Numbered from the stretch's first letter, positions 35,187 to 46,404 are shown. The stretch: 64,000 nt of DNA from an uncultured Chloroflexia bacterium (GCA_963819655.1 CAWFXA010000002.1:320001-384000); one strand, 5' to 3'. Notes: generated by a model not told the origin, from the letters alone. Program-made: numbers and translations.

Positions 35187-35226
35187 AGTCTGCCATTGGT
35201 GGACGATGAGGAGCTTCCCCCAGGCG

Positions 35227-36304
35227 ATGCCCCCACGGAGAGACGACGGACGGCACCCGGCGACTACCGGGGCGGACCGGGGCGTGACGATGGACGAGGT
35301 CGCCCGCGTTGCGGGTGTCTCGCAGGCGACCGTGTCGCGGGTCGTGAACGGCAATCCACGGGTGAGCCCGGAAACCAAGGTCCTCGTCGAGCGGACGATC
35401 GAACGACTGAAGTTCGTCCCGAACATCGCGGCCCGGACGCTGGTCACCCGCCGCAGCGACTCGATCGGCGTCCTGATCCCGGAGCCGACCTCGCGGGTCT
35501 TCGGCGATCCATTCTTCGCCCAGGTCCTGCGCGGCGTCAGCTCGGCACTCACGGCCCGGCGCCTCAAGCTGGTCCTATTCCTCCCCCAGAGCCAGGGGGA
35601 GGAGGGCGAGCTGCAGGGTTATCTCATCGCCGGCCACGTCGACGGCGTGATCATGTATTCGCTGCACGGCAACGATCCGCTGCCGGAACGGCTCCGTCGG
35701 CGGGGCGTCCCGGTCGTCGTCGGAGGCCGGCCGCCGTCGGGTGCCCGGGTGAGCTACGTCGACTACGACAACCGCGGGGGCGCCCAGTCGGCCACCGCGC
35801 ACCTGATTGCCACCGGCCGGCAAGTCATCGCCACGATCACCGGTCCGCCCGATATGTCCGCCGCGATCGACCGCCTCGACGGCCATCACGACGCGCTGAC
35901 TGCGGCAGGTCACGGGATTGATGCGGGCTTGGAGGCTGCCGGCGACTTCACCCAGGAGAGCGGCGCGCGCGCCATGGAGCAGCTGCTGATCCGGCGGCCC
36001 GATCTGGATGCCGTCTTCGCCGCCAACGACGTGATGGCGACAGGTGCCCTGCCAGGTCCTGGAGCGTGCCGGCCGACGGGTTCCCGATGACGTCGCCGTC
36101 GTCGGCTTCGATGACCTGCCGCTCGCCCTGGCCAGCCACCCGCCGCTGTCGAGCGTCCGCCAGTCGCTCGACGTGATGGGACAGGAGCTCGTCCACGTGC
36201 TGCTCCAGAGCATCGAGAACCGCGACTCGGTCGCCCGAAAGGTGGTGCTCGAGACGCAATTGATCGTCCGCCAGTCGAGTGGAGGGCCGCGTTCGACAAG
36301 ATGA
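35227..36304 (+). CDS. LacI family regulator (frameshift near 36050)
   Basis: TMDEVARVAGVSQATVSRVVN; DAVFAANDVMA; VPDDVAVVGFDD in shifted frame. Confidence 0.9.
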
Positions 36305-36413
36305 GAGTCCCACGGCAAACGGGTCATGGGCCGGCCTGCGCGCCGGCTGCATTCGCGCCGAAGGCCGGGGCAACGGCTCCGGTCCCAACGGCGTCTCAGG
36401 AGGAGGACAACGC

Positions 36414-37781
36414 ATGCCAAGGCTGATCTCCCTGGTGGCCACCCTGGCCATCGTCGCCGCCGGTTGCGGCGGAACCCCGGCCAGCCCCACGGGGGCGGCG
36501 ACCAATCCACCGTCGGCGCCGGCGAGCCCCGGTGCGTCGGGTCAAGGGCTGGCGTCGCTCGCCCCGACGACCCTGCGCGTCCTGGTCCACCAGAACCCGC
36601 CCTTCACCGAGTTCATGAACACATTCAACGCGGACTTCCAGGCCAACCACCCGGGCGTCACCGTCGACATGTCGGTCGTCGCCCCGGCCGATCTCGCAAC
36701 GACGACCCAGACCCGCCTCGACGGCCAACGACGTCGACGTCGTCGACATGTTCGCCTTCGACACCGCGGTCCAGCCGTTCATGAAGGAGGCCACACCGCC
36801 GATCTGGCAGACCCTCGCAGACGCCGGCAGCCTGCTGGACCTGACCGACCAGCCGTTCGTCCAGAACTACGACCCCAGCGCGATCACCGACGCCGGCACG
36901 TACAACGGCAAGGTCTACGAGATCAACCTCGCCCGGGTCGGTTTCAGTGGCCTCTACATCAACAAGGACCTCTTCGCCGCCAACAACGTGGCGGTGCCCA
37001 CGACGTGGAGCGAGCTCGTCGCTGCCTGCCAGACGTTCAAGACCGCCAACGTGCCGTGCATGACCGCGGGCGGCCAGGACTGCTGGCCGATCTTCGTCAC
37101 TGGCTACGGCATCCTCGGCTCGTCGTTCCCCGATCAGGCAGCGTACGTCGAGGGCCTGTGGACCGGCACGATCAAGTACAACGACGCGGCCAACCTCGAG
37201 ATGTGGGAGAAGCTCCAGGTCCTGGCCCAGGACATGATCGAGCCGGGTGCGAGCGGCATCGCCGCGGACGGCGCTCCGGGACGGTTCGCCACCGGCGAGG
37301 TCGCTACGCTGTCGGGCTTCACCTGGCTCGCACCGGCGATCGAGGCTGCCCAGCCGTCGTTCGACTGGGACTTCATCACCTTCCCCGGCAGTGACAACGC
37401 CGACGACAACAAGTACGTCTTCGGCAAGTACGACCAGGGCTGGACGATCAACGCCAACACTCCGAACAAGGACGCCGCCCTCGCGTACCTCAGCCGAGTT
37501 CTCGGATCCGGCCAACTACCAGGAGTTCGTGACGGCCGTCGGGGCCATCCCGACCCAGCCGACTGCGACGCTCGACACCAAGCTCGGCCAGGCGATCGCG
37601 CCGAGCCTCGAGAACTTCCGGATCGGCTGGGAGCGATACTGGATCGCACCCAAGGGCGCCGGCGAGTTCGCGTTCCCGTATGCCACGTTCTTCACAGCCG
37701 TTCGGCACGTTCGCGACCGCCGAGGAGGCAGCGAACGCCGCCCAGACCGACCTCCAGGCCGGTCTCGACTCGCTCAAGTAA
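36414..37781 (+). CDS. Carbohydrate ABC transporter substrate-binding lipoprotein (frameshifts near 36720, 37495, 37695)
   Basis: RBS AGGAGG; lipobox AAGC; YINKDLF...VPTTWSEL. Confidence 0.85.
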
Positions 37782-37794
37782 CACTTAGGCGCGA

Positions 37795-37830
37795 AACGGG
37801 CTCCGGGGCCGCAGCGCTTCGGAGCCCGTT
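37795..37830 (+). other. Intergenic stem-loop after the binding-protein gene (mRNA stabiliser or attenuator)
   Basis: AACGGGCTCCG...CGGAGCCCGTT 11-bp stem. Confidence 0.6.
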
Positions 37831-37846
37831 CAACGAGCGAGGAGAC

Positions 37847-38770
37847 ATGACGTACCTGTTCGGGCGGGGCGCGTCGCGGGCCCTGCCCTACGGCCTGCTC
37901 CTGCCGGGGCTCGGTCTGTACGTGCTGCTGGCCCTGGGCCCGTCGCTGGCGACGGTCGTCTACTCACTGACCGACACCAACGGGCTGACGCCGGCGCCGC
38001 TCAACTTCATCGGCCTCGACAACTACCACGAGTTCCTGTTCCAGGGTGCCGCGGCCGGGCAGAACATCGAGGCCCTGATCCGGACGCTGATCTTCTGCGT
38101 GGCGGTGACCGTCGTCCAGTTCGGTCTCGGGCTGCTGGCCGCAGTCCTGCTGAACCAGGGCCTCGCCGGAACGCGCTGGTTCCGGGCCCTGTTCTTTCTG
38201 CCGGTCATCCTCGGGGTCACGATCCAGGGCCTGATCTGGCGGCTGTTCCTCTATCCGCTCGGCGGCCCGGTCGACTCGCTGCTGGGCGTGTTCGGTGCCC
38301 AGTCGGAGCTGCTCGGCGGCCGGGATGCCTTCATGTGGGTCATCGTCGTTCAGATCTGGGCAAACATGGGTATCACGATGGTCATCTTCCTGGCCGGGCT
38401 CCAGACGATCCCCGACGAGCTTCACGAGGCGGCCAGGATCGACGGGGCAAGCCGCCGGCAGGGCTTCTGGCACGTCACGTGGCCGCTGCTCACGCCGAGC
38501 GTCAGCACGAACCTGCTGCTCAGCGTCATCGGCTCGCTGCAGGCCTGGCAGCTGTTCCTCGTCCTCACGGGCTACCGGCCGGGGACCCAGGTCCTCGGGT
38601 ACGTGGTCTATGCGCAGGCCTTCGGCCAGACATCCGGCAGCACGACGTCGAACAGCTTCCGCCAGGGCTACGGCGCGGCCGCGTCGGTCGTGCTGTTCGT
38701 GCTCGTCTTGGTCGTCGGCCTGTCCGTGCAGTGGTACCTGCGGCGGCGGGAGGAGCGGCTCCTGGGATGA
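37847..38770 (+). CDS. Carbohydrate ABC transporter permease (MalF-like)
   Basis: FIGLDNY, EAARIDGA (EAA loop). Confidence 0.92.
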   Translation: MTYLFGRGASRALPYGLLLPGLGLYVLLALGPSLATVVYSLTDTNGLTPAPLNFIGLDNYHEFLFQGAAAGQNIEALIRTLIFCVAVTVVQFGLGLLAAVLLNQGLAGTRWFRALFFLPVILGVTIQGLIWRLFLYPLGGPVDSLLGVFGAQSELLGGRDAFMWVIVVQIWANMGITMVIFLAGLQTIPDELHEAARIDGASRRQGFWHVTWPLLTPSVSTNLLLSVIGSLQAWQLFLVLTGYRPGTQVLGYVVYAQAFGQTSGSTTSNSFRQGYGAAASVVLFVLVLVVGLSVQWYLRRREERLLG

Positions 38771-39645
38771 ATGCACTGACGGCTGCTCGCGTCCTCCTCG
38801 ACGAGCGGACGCGCGCCCGCCGCGTCGGGTGGCGGCGCCCCGCGACCGGGCGGCTGCTGGCCTACGGCGTGCTGATCCTGCTGGCGATCGTCTACATCGG
38901 ACCGCTGCTGATGCTCGTCAACACGGCGCTCAAGACGCAGCCGGAGTTCGCCAAGAACCCGGTCGGGCTGACGACGAGCTTCACCTTCGGCAACTTCGGC
39001 GAGGCATGGCAGAAGGCGAGCATCGCCCAGTACCTCGCCAACTCGGTCTTCTACACGACGGTGGCGACGGTCCTGTACGTGATTTCCGTCCTGCCGCTGT
39101 CGGTCGCGATCGCCCGTCGCCACGTCCGCGGCTGGAACGTCCTGTACATCCTGTTCGTGCTGGCGCTGTTCCTGCCGATCGCCCTGATCCCCCAGTTCCA
39201 GCTGATCCTGCACCTCCATCTCTACAACACCCAGGTCGGCTACATCCTGCTGTTCCTGGCGAACCCGATCGGGGTGCTGATCCTCGTCGCCTATATCCGC
39301 TCGATCCCCCGTGATCTCGACGAGGCGGCCGCCATCGATGGCGCCGGCTACATCCGCTACGTCTTCCGGATCGTGCTGCCGCTCACCAAGCCTGCCATCG
39401 CCACCGTCGCGATCCTCCACGCGATCGGGATCTGGAACGACCTGATCGTGGCGACGATCTATCTCACGAACAAGGCGTCCTACCCGGTGACGCGCGGCCT
39501 GATCGTCTTCACCGGCATCTACGGGAACAACTGGCCGCTCCTCGCGGCCGCCGTGCTGATGCTCGCGGTGCCGATGGTCGTGCTCTTCCTGTTCCTCCAG
39601 CGCTACATCATCAGTGGCTTCACCGCGGGCTCGCTGCGTGGCTGA
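38767..39645 (+). CDS. Carbohydrate ABC transporter permease (MalG-like)
   Basis: IPRDLDEAAAIDGA, LQRYIISGFTAGS. Confidence 0.92.
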   Translation: MNALTAARVLLDERTRARRVGWRRPATGRLLAYGVLILLAIVYIGPLLMLVNTALKTQPEFAKNPVGLTTSFTFGNFGEAWQKASIAQYLANSVFYTTVATVLYVISVLPLSVAIARRHVRGWNVLYILFVLALFLPIALIPQFQLILHLHLYNTQVGYILLFLANPIGVLILVAYIRSIPRDLDEAAAIDGAGYIRYVFRIVLPLTKPAIATVAILHAIGIWNDLIVATIYLTNKASYPVTRGLIVFTGIYGNNWPLLAAAVLMLAVPMVVLFLFLQRYIISGFTAGSLRG

Positions 39646-41020
39646 CTTTCCGCCGGACTTTGTCTGGGGGGTGACGACGTCGGCCTACCAGATCGAGGGA
39701 GCCGAACGAGCCGGCGGACGGGGCCCGTCGATCTGGGACACCTTCACCCGGCGCCCGGGCGCCGTCCGCAACGGCGACACCGGCGCCGTGGCGACCGGCC
39801 ACTACGATCGCTACCGTCAGGACATCGCGCTGATGCGCGATCTAGGTATCCGGGCCTACCGCTTCTCGATCGCCTGGCCCCGGATCCAGCCGACCGGCTC
39901 CGGTGCACCGCTGCCGGCCGGCCTCGACTTCTACCGACGCGTCCTCGAGGCCCTCCACGACGCGGGCATCGAGCCCATCCCAGTGCTCTACCACTGGGAC
40001 CTACCACAGGCATTGGAGGACGCGGGCGGCTGGCCGGTCCGCGAGACGGCCCTCCGGTTCGCCGACTACACCGCCGTCGTGGCCCGGGCACTAGGACCGC
40101 TCGCGGTTCGGTGGGGAACGCTGAACGAGCCCTGGTGCAGCAGCTTTTTGGGGTACTCCTCCGGGGTCCACGCTCCCGGCCGGCGCGAGCCGGCGGCGGC
40201 TATCGCAGCAGTCCATCACCTCCTGCTGGGCCACGGCCTCGGAGCCCAAGCGATCCGCGCGGAAACCCCGACTGCGCGCGTCGGCGTCGCCGTCAACCTG
40301 ACCAATGCGCGGGCGGTGCCGGGGGCGGAGGGCGCCCAACTCGACGACGGGTTGCGCCGGATCGACGGCCTCCACAACCGGCTGTTCCTCGAGCCGCTCG
40401 TGCGCGGCGCCTACCCGGCGGATGTCGTCGAGGACGTCGAGGGGATCGGCCGCCTACCGGTCCGGCCGGGCGACCTCGAGACCATAGCAGTGCCGCTCGA
40501 CTGGCTCGGAGTGAACTACTACTCGGACCGCGAGTTCACCCTCGCCGACGCATCGCCGTCGACGATCGCCGAGGTCTTCCCGGGTGTCACGACGCTGCGC
40601 GACGCACCGGTCACGAACCCTACCGACAGCGGCTGGCCGGTGACCCCGCAGGGCCTGCGCGACCTCCTCATCCGGCTAGGCGCGGACTACCCGGACCTGC
40701 CGCCGATACTGATCACCGAGAACGGTGCCGCTTACGACGATCCGCCGGCCCCGGACGGGTCGATCGACGACAGGCGCCGAATCGGCTATCTCGAGGCCCA
40801 CGTCCGGGCGGTCGGGGAGGCGATCGCGGCCGGCGTCGACATCGACGGCTACTTCGTGTGGTCGCTGCTCGATAACTTCGAGTGGGCCGAGGGATATGCC
40901 AAGCGGTTCGGCCTTGTCCATGTCGACTTCGCGTCGTTGGTCCGCACGCCGCGGGCCAGCGCGAGCTGGTATCGATCCGTGATCGCGCGGAACGGGGTGC
41001 CGGTGCCACTCACCGGATGA
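39638..41020 (+). CDS. GH1 beta-glucosidase
   Basis: TSAYQIEG, YHWDLP, TLNEP, ITENG, WSLLDNFEWAEGY. Confidence 0.95.
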   Translation: MADFPPDFVWGVTTSAYQIEGAERAGGRGPSIWDTFTRRPGAVRNGDTGAVATGHYDRYRQDIALMRDLGIRAYRFSIAWPRIQPTGSGAPLPAGLDFYRRVLEALHDAGIEPIPVLYHWDLPQALEDAGGWPVRETALRFADYTAVVARALGPLAVRWGTLNEPWCSSFLGYSSGVHAPGRREPAAAIAAVHHLLLGHGLGAQAIRAETPTARVGVAVNLTNARAVPGAEGAQLDDGLRRIDGLHNRLFLEPLVRGAYPADVVEDVEGIGRLPVRPGDLETIAVPLDWLGVNYYSDREFTLADASPSTIAEVFPGVTTLRDAPVTNPTDSGWPVTPQGLRDLLIRLGADYPDLPPILITENGAAYDDPPAPDGSIDDRRRIGYLEAHVRAVGEAIAAGVDIDGYFVWSLLDNFEWAEGYAKRFGLVHVDFASLVRTPRASASWYRSVIARNGVPVPLTG

Positions 41021-41940
41021 GATGTCTTGCTGCGATCGCGCTGTCGCTCAACCTGACTTCGTGCGGAGGTTCCTCGATGGCCACGGACCCACCCGGTAGC
41101 CAGCCCGGGCCGTCGGTGGAGGCGGGCCTCCCGGGTGGGTCGGTGAACTCGTCGGCCGGCGAACCCTCGCCGGCCCAGGACCTGCAGCTGGCGTGGAGTG
41201 ACGAGTTCGACGAGCCCGAGGGCTCCCCGCCGAACCCAGCCCACTGGGACTACGCGCTCGGCGACGGCACGGCGGAGGGCATCCCCGGCTGGGGCAACAA
41301 CGAGCTCGAGACGTACACGGACCGGCCGGAGAATGCGTCCACGGACGGGGACGGTAACCTGGTGATCCGGGCGCTCGCCGCGGACGGGACGGAGGACTGC
41401 TGGAACGGTCCGTGCCAGTACACCTCGGCCAGACTGCTGACGGCCGGCAAGATCAGCGTCGGATTCGGCAGGATCGAGGCCCGCATCCAGGTCCCGGAGG
41501 GGGCGGGCCTGTGGCCCGCCTTCTGGATGCTGGGCACGAACATCGACCGGGTCGGCTGGCCGGACTCTGGCGAGATCGACATCATGGAGAACATCGGTCG
41601 CCAGCCGAACCGGCTGTACGGCACTATCCACGGCCCCGGCTACTCCGGCTCGGCCAATTTCGGCCAGACGATCGACCTCGACGAGCCGGTGGCCGCCGCG
41701 TTCCACGTCTTCGCGATCGACTGGGCGCCCGGCCTCATCGTCTGGAGCCTCGACGGTCGCGAGTACCACCGCGCGACGCCGGCCGATGTCGCGCCCAACG
41801 ACTGGCCGTTCGACCAGGAGTTCTTCCTCCTGCTCAATCTCGCGGTCGGGGGCAACCTCGGCGGTCCTGTCGCCCGCACGACGACCTTCCCGGCAGAGCT
41901 TCGGATCGACTATGTCCGGGTGTATGCCGCCAACCCATGA
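41017..41940 (+). CDS. GH16 beta-glucanase (laminarinase-like) lipoprotein
   Basis: LTSC lipobox; WSDEFD, GWGNNELE, YTSARL, WPAFWML, GEIDIME. Confidence 0.93.
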   Translation: MRCLAAIALSLNLTSCGGSSMATDPPGSQPGPSVEAGLPGGSVNSSAGEPSPAQDLQLAWSDEFDEPEGSPPNPAHWDYALGDGTAEGIPGWGNNELETYTDRPENASTDGDGNLVIRALAADGTEDCWNGPCQYTSARLLTAGKISVGFGRIEARIQVPEGAGLWPAFWMLGTNIDRVGWPDSGEIDIMENIGRQPNRLYGTIHGPGYSGSANFGQTIDLDEPVAAAFHVFAIDWAPGLIVWSLDGREYHRATPADVAPNDWPFDQEFFLLLNLAVGGNLGGPVARTTTFPAELRIDYVRVYAANP

Positions 41941-41987
41941 CCGGGGAAGCGGGCCCACCCAGTGGATCCGTGGCGGCTCCCGGGACC

Positions 41988-42818
41988 CTATCCGGGCGTC
42001 CCGTCGAGCACTCCTCGTCCTGCTAGCTGCTGTCGTTGCCATTCATACACGCCGGGCAGCCAATCCTTGCCGAACGTGGCCGATGGGCCGATGCGCGGGT
42101 CATCTGGAGCATGGCCGTCCCGCAAGGCATGCACGTACGCGCGATCCTGTTCGATCCGAGCGCGTACCTGATCAGCTCCGCCGACGGACCCGTGACCGGG
42201 GATGAGGACGTCCACGTCGTCCGCCACGCCCTCGAGCAACCGCAGCCCGGTGAGGTAGTCCTCGATCGGATTTGCGGCGTCCAGGTCGGGGAACGGAATC
42301 AGGATGTCAGACAGCATGTCGCCGGCGACGAGAACGCCGCGGTCCTCGATCAACAGCGCCGCGTGGCCCTGGGCGTGCGCCGGGTGCTCGATGATCCCGA
42401 CTTCAGGGCCCTCCCAGGGGATCCGCGCAGTTTCGGCAGGCAGACCGGTGATGAGGCCGAACAGGTCCAGCGGGATCTCCTCGGCGATCTCGGGCGGTAA
42501 CCCCTCGGCGACGCGGGCCTTCCAGTCCGCGTTCGACAGCAGCTCTCGCATGAACGCCGCGCAGCGGGCTGTGCCGTAGCGGGGCGCTTCGCCGAGCTTG
42601 GGGTGCCAGAGCACGTGATCCCAATCAGGATGCGTCGAGAAGCCTGCCACAACGGGCTGGCCCAACTCGCGAAGGTCGTTCGCGAGGCAGGCCATTTCGT
42701 CGCCTGTTATCCCGGGATCGATGAGCAACACGCCGGCCCGACCTTGCACGACAACGGCGTTGTTCTCGAGTAGCTCGCTCTGGTGGACCAGCACACCGTC
42801 CGCGACCCGTCTCAGCAT
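41988..42818 (-). CDS. MBL-fold metallo-hydrolase
   Basis: THPDWDH, AGDMLSD, IPGHG. Confidence 0.88.
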   Translation of the reverse strand: MLRRVADGVLVHQSELLENNAVVVQGRAGVLLIDPGITGDEMACLANDLRELGQPVVAGFSTHPDWDHVLWHPKLGEAPRYGTARCAAFMRELLSNADWKARVAEGLPPEIAEEIPLDLFGLITGLPAETARIPWEGPEVGIIEHPAHAQGHAALLIEDRGVLVAGDMLSDILIPFPDLDAANPIEDYLTGLRLLEGVADDVDVLIPGHGSVGGADQVRARIEQDRAYVHALRDGHAPDDPRIGPSATFGKDWLPGVYEWQRQQLAGRGVLDGTPG

Positions 42819-43476
42819 GGCGCTCCTTTCCGCTTGTGGTTTGCAACCGCTTGTCGAGACGGTACTGCCGGGCCCGTCACGACGCGGCTATGCCGGACGG
42901 AGGCGCTGTCTGAGACCGTCGCGAGAAGGGCGTCGGCAACGTCGGCCCGACTGATCGTGCCGACATCCGTCAGCGTTCCGCTCAACGGTGCGGTAGGCAC
43001 CGGCACGAGGGCCATCGGTGAGGCGGGTCGCATAGACGATCGTCCAGTCGATGTCGGAGCCCTCGAGGAGCTTCTCACCGGCGGTCTTGTCTTCGACGAC
43101 GCCCTTCATGGCCAAGCCCGCGAGCTTCATGACGCCCGTGGCCTTGTAGGACGGGCTCGCGGCGAAGGTCGAGAGCATCACCAACCGGCTGACGCCTGCA
43201 CTCGGCATGGCTTCGAGCAACGCGGTGGTCGCGCTCCAGATCAGCTTCTGTTGAGCCTTCATGCCGCTGCCGAGCGTGCTGATCACGGCGTCCTGGCCTT
43301 TGAGGGCCCGGCGCAGGTCATCAGCATTGCGCGCGTCCCCGACCACGATCGTGACATCACTGCGTTCGAGCTTCTGCGGGTCGCGAACGAAGGCGGTAAC
43401 GGTGTGTCCGGCTCGTCGCGCCTGTGCAACGACCCTCGGCCCGTCTTGCCGGACGCCCCCAGGATAGGATGTTCAT
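42812..43476 (-). CDS. NAD(P)H-binding (flavin/biliverdin reductase-like) protein, several frameshifts
   Basis: LGASGKTG...GHTVTAFVR...GQDAVISTLG...DWTIV...ISRADVA spread over several frames. Confidence 0.75.
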
Positions 43477-43679
43477 GGCGGTCTCCATGGCTCTGGTGAT
43501 GTGTTAGTCAGTCGGGGATCGAAGGTCACGAGCTTCTCGAGGCTGCGCCCGTCGGCAATATCCAGACTCGATCGAATCGTCGGGTCCAGTTGTTTCTGTC
43601 ACGGCCAGCGGCGCGGGCGGTTGTGGTCAATCGAGCCCAGGGCCTCGGCGGTCTCGGATCCCCACTAAGGCGGAAGCGG

Positions 43680-43949
43680 CTAACGTCGACGCGGGATCCG
43701 AAGGGTCGCCATGAGCCGGTCGCGGATCAACGGGTCGATGCTCGCGACGTCGGCCGGGGAGATGCGGCCGGCCATCCGCTTGATCGTCTGGAACTGGTCG
43801 ACAGCCGCCCGGCAGCCGGGGCAGCCCTCGAGGTGGCGTTCGATCCGAGTGCGCTCGACGTCGGCCACATCACCGTCGATGTACGCGCTGATCTCGTCGA
43901 CGAACTCGATGCAGCGGAGCTCGTCGTCGGTCCTCGCCTGATCGTTCAC
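43680..43949 (-). CDS. zf-HC2 zinc-finger anti-sigma factor
   Basis: C..F.D.ISAYIDG...ERHLEGCPGC; GTG start overlaps the upstream stop. Confidence 0.85.
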   Translation of the reverse strand: MNDQARTDDELRCIEFVDEISAYIDGDVADVERTRIERHLEGCPGCRAAVDQFQTIKRMAGRISPADVASIDPLIRDRLMATLRIPRRR

Positions 43950-45537
43950 GACGTCGCTCCTGTTTCGTCGAGATGCCGCTCGAGGCGCGCCCGAACGAAG
44001 CTGCGCGCCTGTTGGAGCAATGCTCGCTCTTGTTCCTGGCTGATCGCCAGGGCCGTCCTCGCCTCCTCCGACGTCCTTCCTTCGAGGTCGCGGAGGACCA
44101 TGACCCGGCGCAGGGCCGGTGGCATGTCGGCGATCGCCGCCCGCGCCTGGCCCAGCACCTCGGGGTCGTCGATCGCGACGCGGTCGCTCCAGGCGGTGGG
44201 CAGCTTGGCCCAGTGGCCCGGCCAGACGGGGTCGTCGGGCGGTAGGAAGCGGTCCGCCGGGAAAGCCTCGGTTCGATCGCCAGCGCAGGCTGCTCGACGT
44301 CGGCGGCTTGCTCTGGTGCGGGTCTCGCGCGCGGCAGCACCAGGAGCATGAGCACGGCGGCCGCGATGCCGACAGCCACGAAGAGCCAGCCCGCACGGCC
44401 GATCCCCGCCTGCTGGCTCACCCCGCCGATGACGAGGGCGAACGGCACGAACGCGAGCCAGGTCAGCATGCCGACGCCCGACGCAACGCCCGCTCGGATC
44501 GCCGACGGCACCGCGTCGTGCAAGCTCCGAGTCACCGGGATGCTGATCGCGACCACGATCAGCGTCAGCAGGACCTGGACGCCGACCACGATCAGGGGCT
44601 GCTCGCTGATGACCAGGACCACGCCGCAGGCCGCCAACGCCGCGCCAAGCAGCGGCACCGCCCAGGCCCGTGTGATCCAGGCCCGAGCGCCGAGCAGGCC
44701 GCCCACCCCGAGCGCCCCGGTGAGCCCGGCCCAATGCGGGCCGAAGAGGAAGGGCGGCACCGCCAAGGCGACCAACCAGAGCGGACCGAACTCGAGCATG
44801 CCCTGCATGAGCAGCGACCCGGCGATCGTCAACAGGACGACGAGACGGAGTTGGCCGCCGGACAGGATCGTCCGGTAGGTAGCTGCGATCTGGCCGCGGA
44901 GCGTCTCCTGATCCTCGGACTTGTGCAGCCGCGGCTCTCGGAACCTGAGCAACAGCAGGAAGCCGATCACCAGCGGTGGCACGGTGAGGAAGTACGTCGA
45001 CTGGAGCGGGGCGACCTGGGCGATGAGGCCACCGGCAAGGGCGCTCGCCACGAGCGCCACGCTCTCGATCACGCGGACCCGACCGATCGTCGCCTCGAAC
45101 GCCTCGCTGTCGCCGGTCTCCTCGAGGACCGTGTCGTAGACGATCGACTCGAAGGTGCCGGACTGCAGGGCGAAGAACACGCCGAGGAACGCCGCCGAGA
45201 CCATGTAGACGGGAACGCTCTGGCTGAGGCCGCCGATCACGACGGCGACGATCGCTGCGAGAGATCCGAGCAGGAGGACGCCCCTCCGGCTCCAGCGGTC
45301 GGCCAGGATCCCCGACGGTACCTCCAACACGGGAACGACGACCGCGTACACAGCGGCCATGATCCCGACCGTCGCCGAGGTGAAGCCGATGCTCGTCATG
45401 AACAGCTTCTCGATCGCAACCCAGAAGGCGAGTGCACCGAAGAAGGATGCGGCGTAGAGCGGGAAGAGGCGTCGGCTGAGGGCTTTCCGCCCGGACCCGT
45501 CGAGACCGTTCTGTTCCGATGCCTGCGTCGCGGTCAC
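43946..45537 (-). CDS. MFS transporter apparently fused to an ECF sigma region 4 domain (1-nt shift near 44270)
   Basis: LEVPSGILADRWSRR MFS motif, about 12 TM; then FPADRFLPPDDPVWPGHW...RRVMVLRDLEGRTSEE...RALLQQARSFVRARLE. Confidence 0.7.
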
Positions 45538-45652
45538 GTCGAGTCTCCAGGTCCTAGTCGCCGTCGGTAAGCCATGCCACTACGACTCTATGACCCGCGC
45601 GAACTCATGCCGGCTCCCGTCAGTGCGGACTCGCGCCGGGACAACCTGGCTA

Positions 45653-46366
45653 CTAGGGTGAACCTGCGCGTTGGGTGCGCGCCTCGAGGCGATATGTCTC
45701 CAGCCGGTCGGCCAGCTCGACCGGATTGCTCATCGCGACCATGTGACCGCCATCGATCTCGTCGACGTCGAGGCCCAGCCGTTCTCGGGCGATCCGGCGC
45801 TGGAACTCGAGCGGGAACATTCGATCGTGGCGGCCGGCCAGCACCCGAGTCGGAACATCGGGCCAAGCCGGCAGCGGCCATGGTTCATCCAGCGGCGTCA
45901 TCGACTGGTCCTGCCACGTCCGCGCCTGCGCCTCCGCCCTGAGCTCGGCCGGCAGGTCGTGGTAGTAGATGACGGCGTCGTCATCTGCCTCGGTGGGCTC
46001 CAGCCCGATGCTGGCGTGGTACTCGCGCCGGGCGCTCCCGGAGTCGGTGTTCGACCACCAGGCGTTGAAGGTCTCCCCGTGGGCCGGGATCATCGCGTTC
46101 AGGAGGACGAGCAACTCTACGGGTCGCCGCGCACACACGATCGGGGCGGTGAAGCCGCCCATCGATTCGGCGACGACGACGATGTCGCGGCGGTCGCCCA
46201 GGGCGTCTACGACCGCATCGGCATACTCGGTCCAGCCGGCGCTGTCGTCCTCGGACGGCAGCCGGATGGCGAGAGCCTCGTGACCCTGAGCCTCAAGCTC
46301 GGGTGCGAGCCGGTGCCACTCCCAGGGATCGCCGCCGCCGCCCGGGATCAGCGCGTAGGTCGAGAT
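45653..46366 (-). CDS. Alpha/beta hydrolase (apparent ATC start)
   Basis: TYALIPGGGGDPWEWHRL, VAESMGG, GRHDRMFP, DGGH; RBS GAGGAG upstream of ATC. Confidence 0.8.
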   Translation of the reverse strand: MSTYALIPGGGGDPWEWHRLAPELEAQGHEALAIRLPSEDDSAGWTEYADAVVDALGDRRDIVVVAESMGGFTAPIVCARRPVELLVLLNAMIPAHGETFNAWWSNTDSGSARREYHASIGLEPTEADDDAVIYYHDLPAELRAEAQARTWQDQSMTPLDEPWPLPAWPDVPTRVLAGRHDRMFPLEFQRRIARERLGLDVDEIDGGHMVAMSNPVELADRLETYRLEARTQRAGSP

Positions 46367-46404
46367 GCCTGCTCCTCTCCGGGATGACCGGAACGATCGT
46401 GCGC

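Noticed and set aside
17049-37800. GCGAAACGGG matches (reverse at 17049, forward at 37791) to the module left end
   Set aside because: 10-bp GC-rich matches with no flanking similarity; the second belongs to an intergenic stem-loop.
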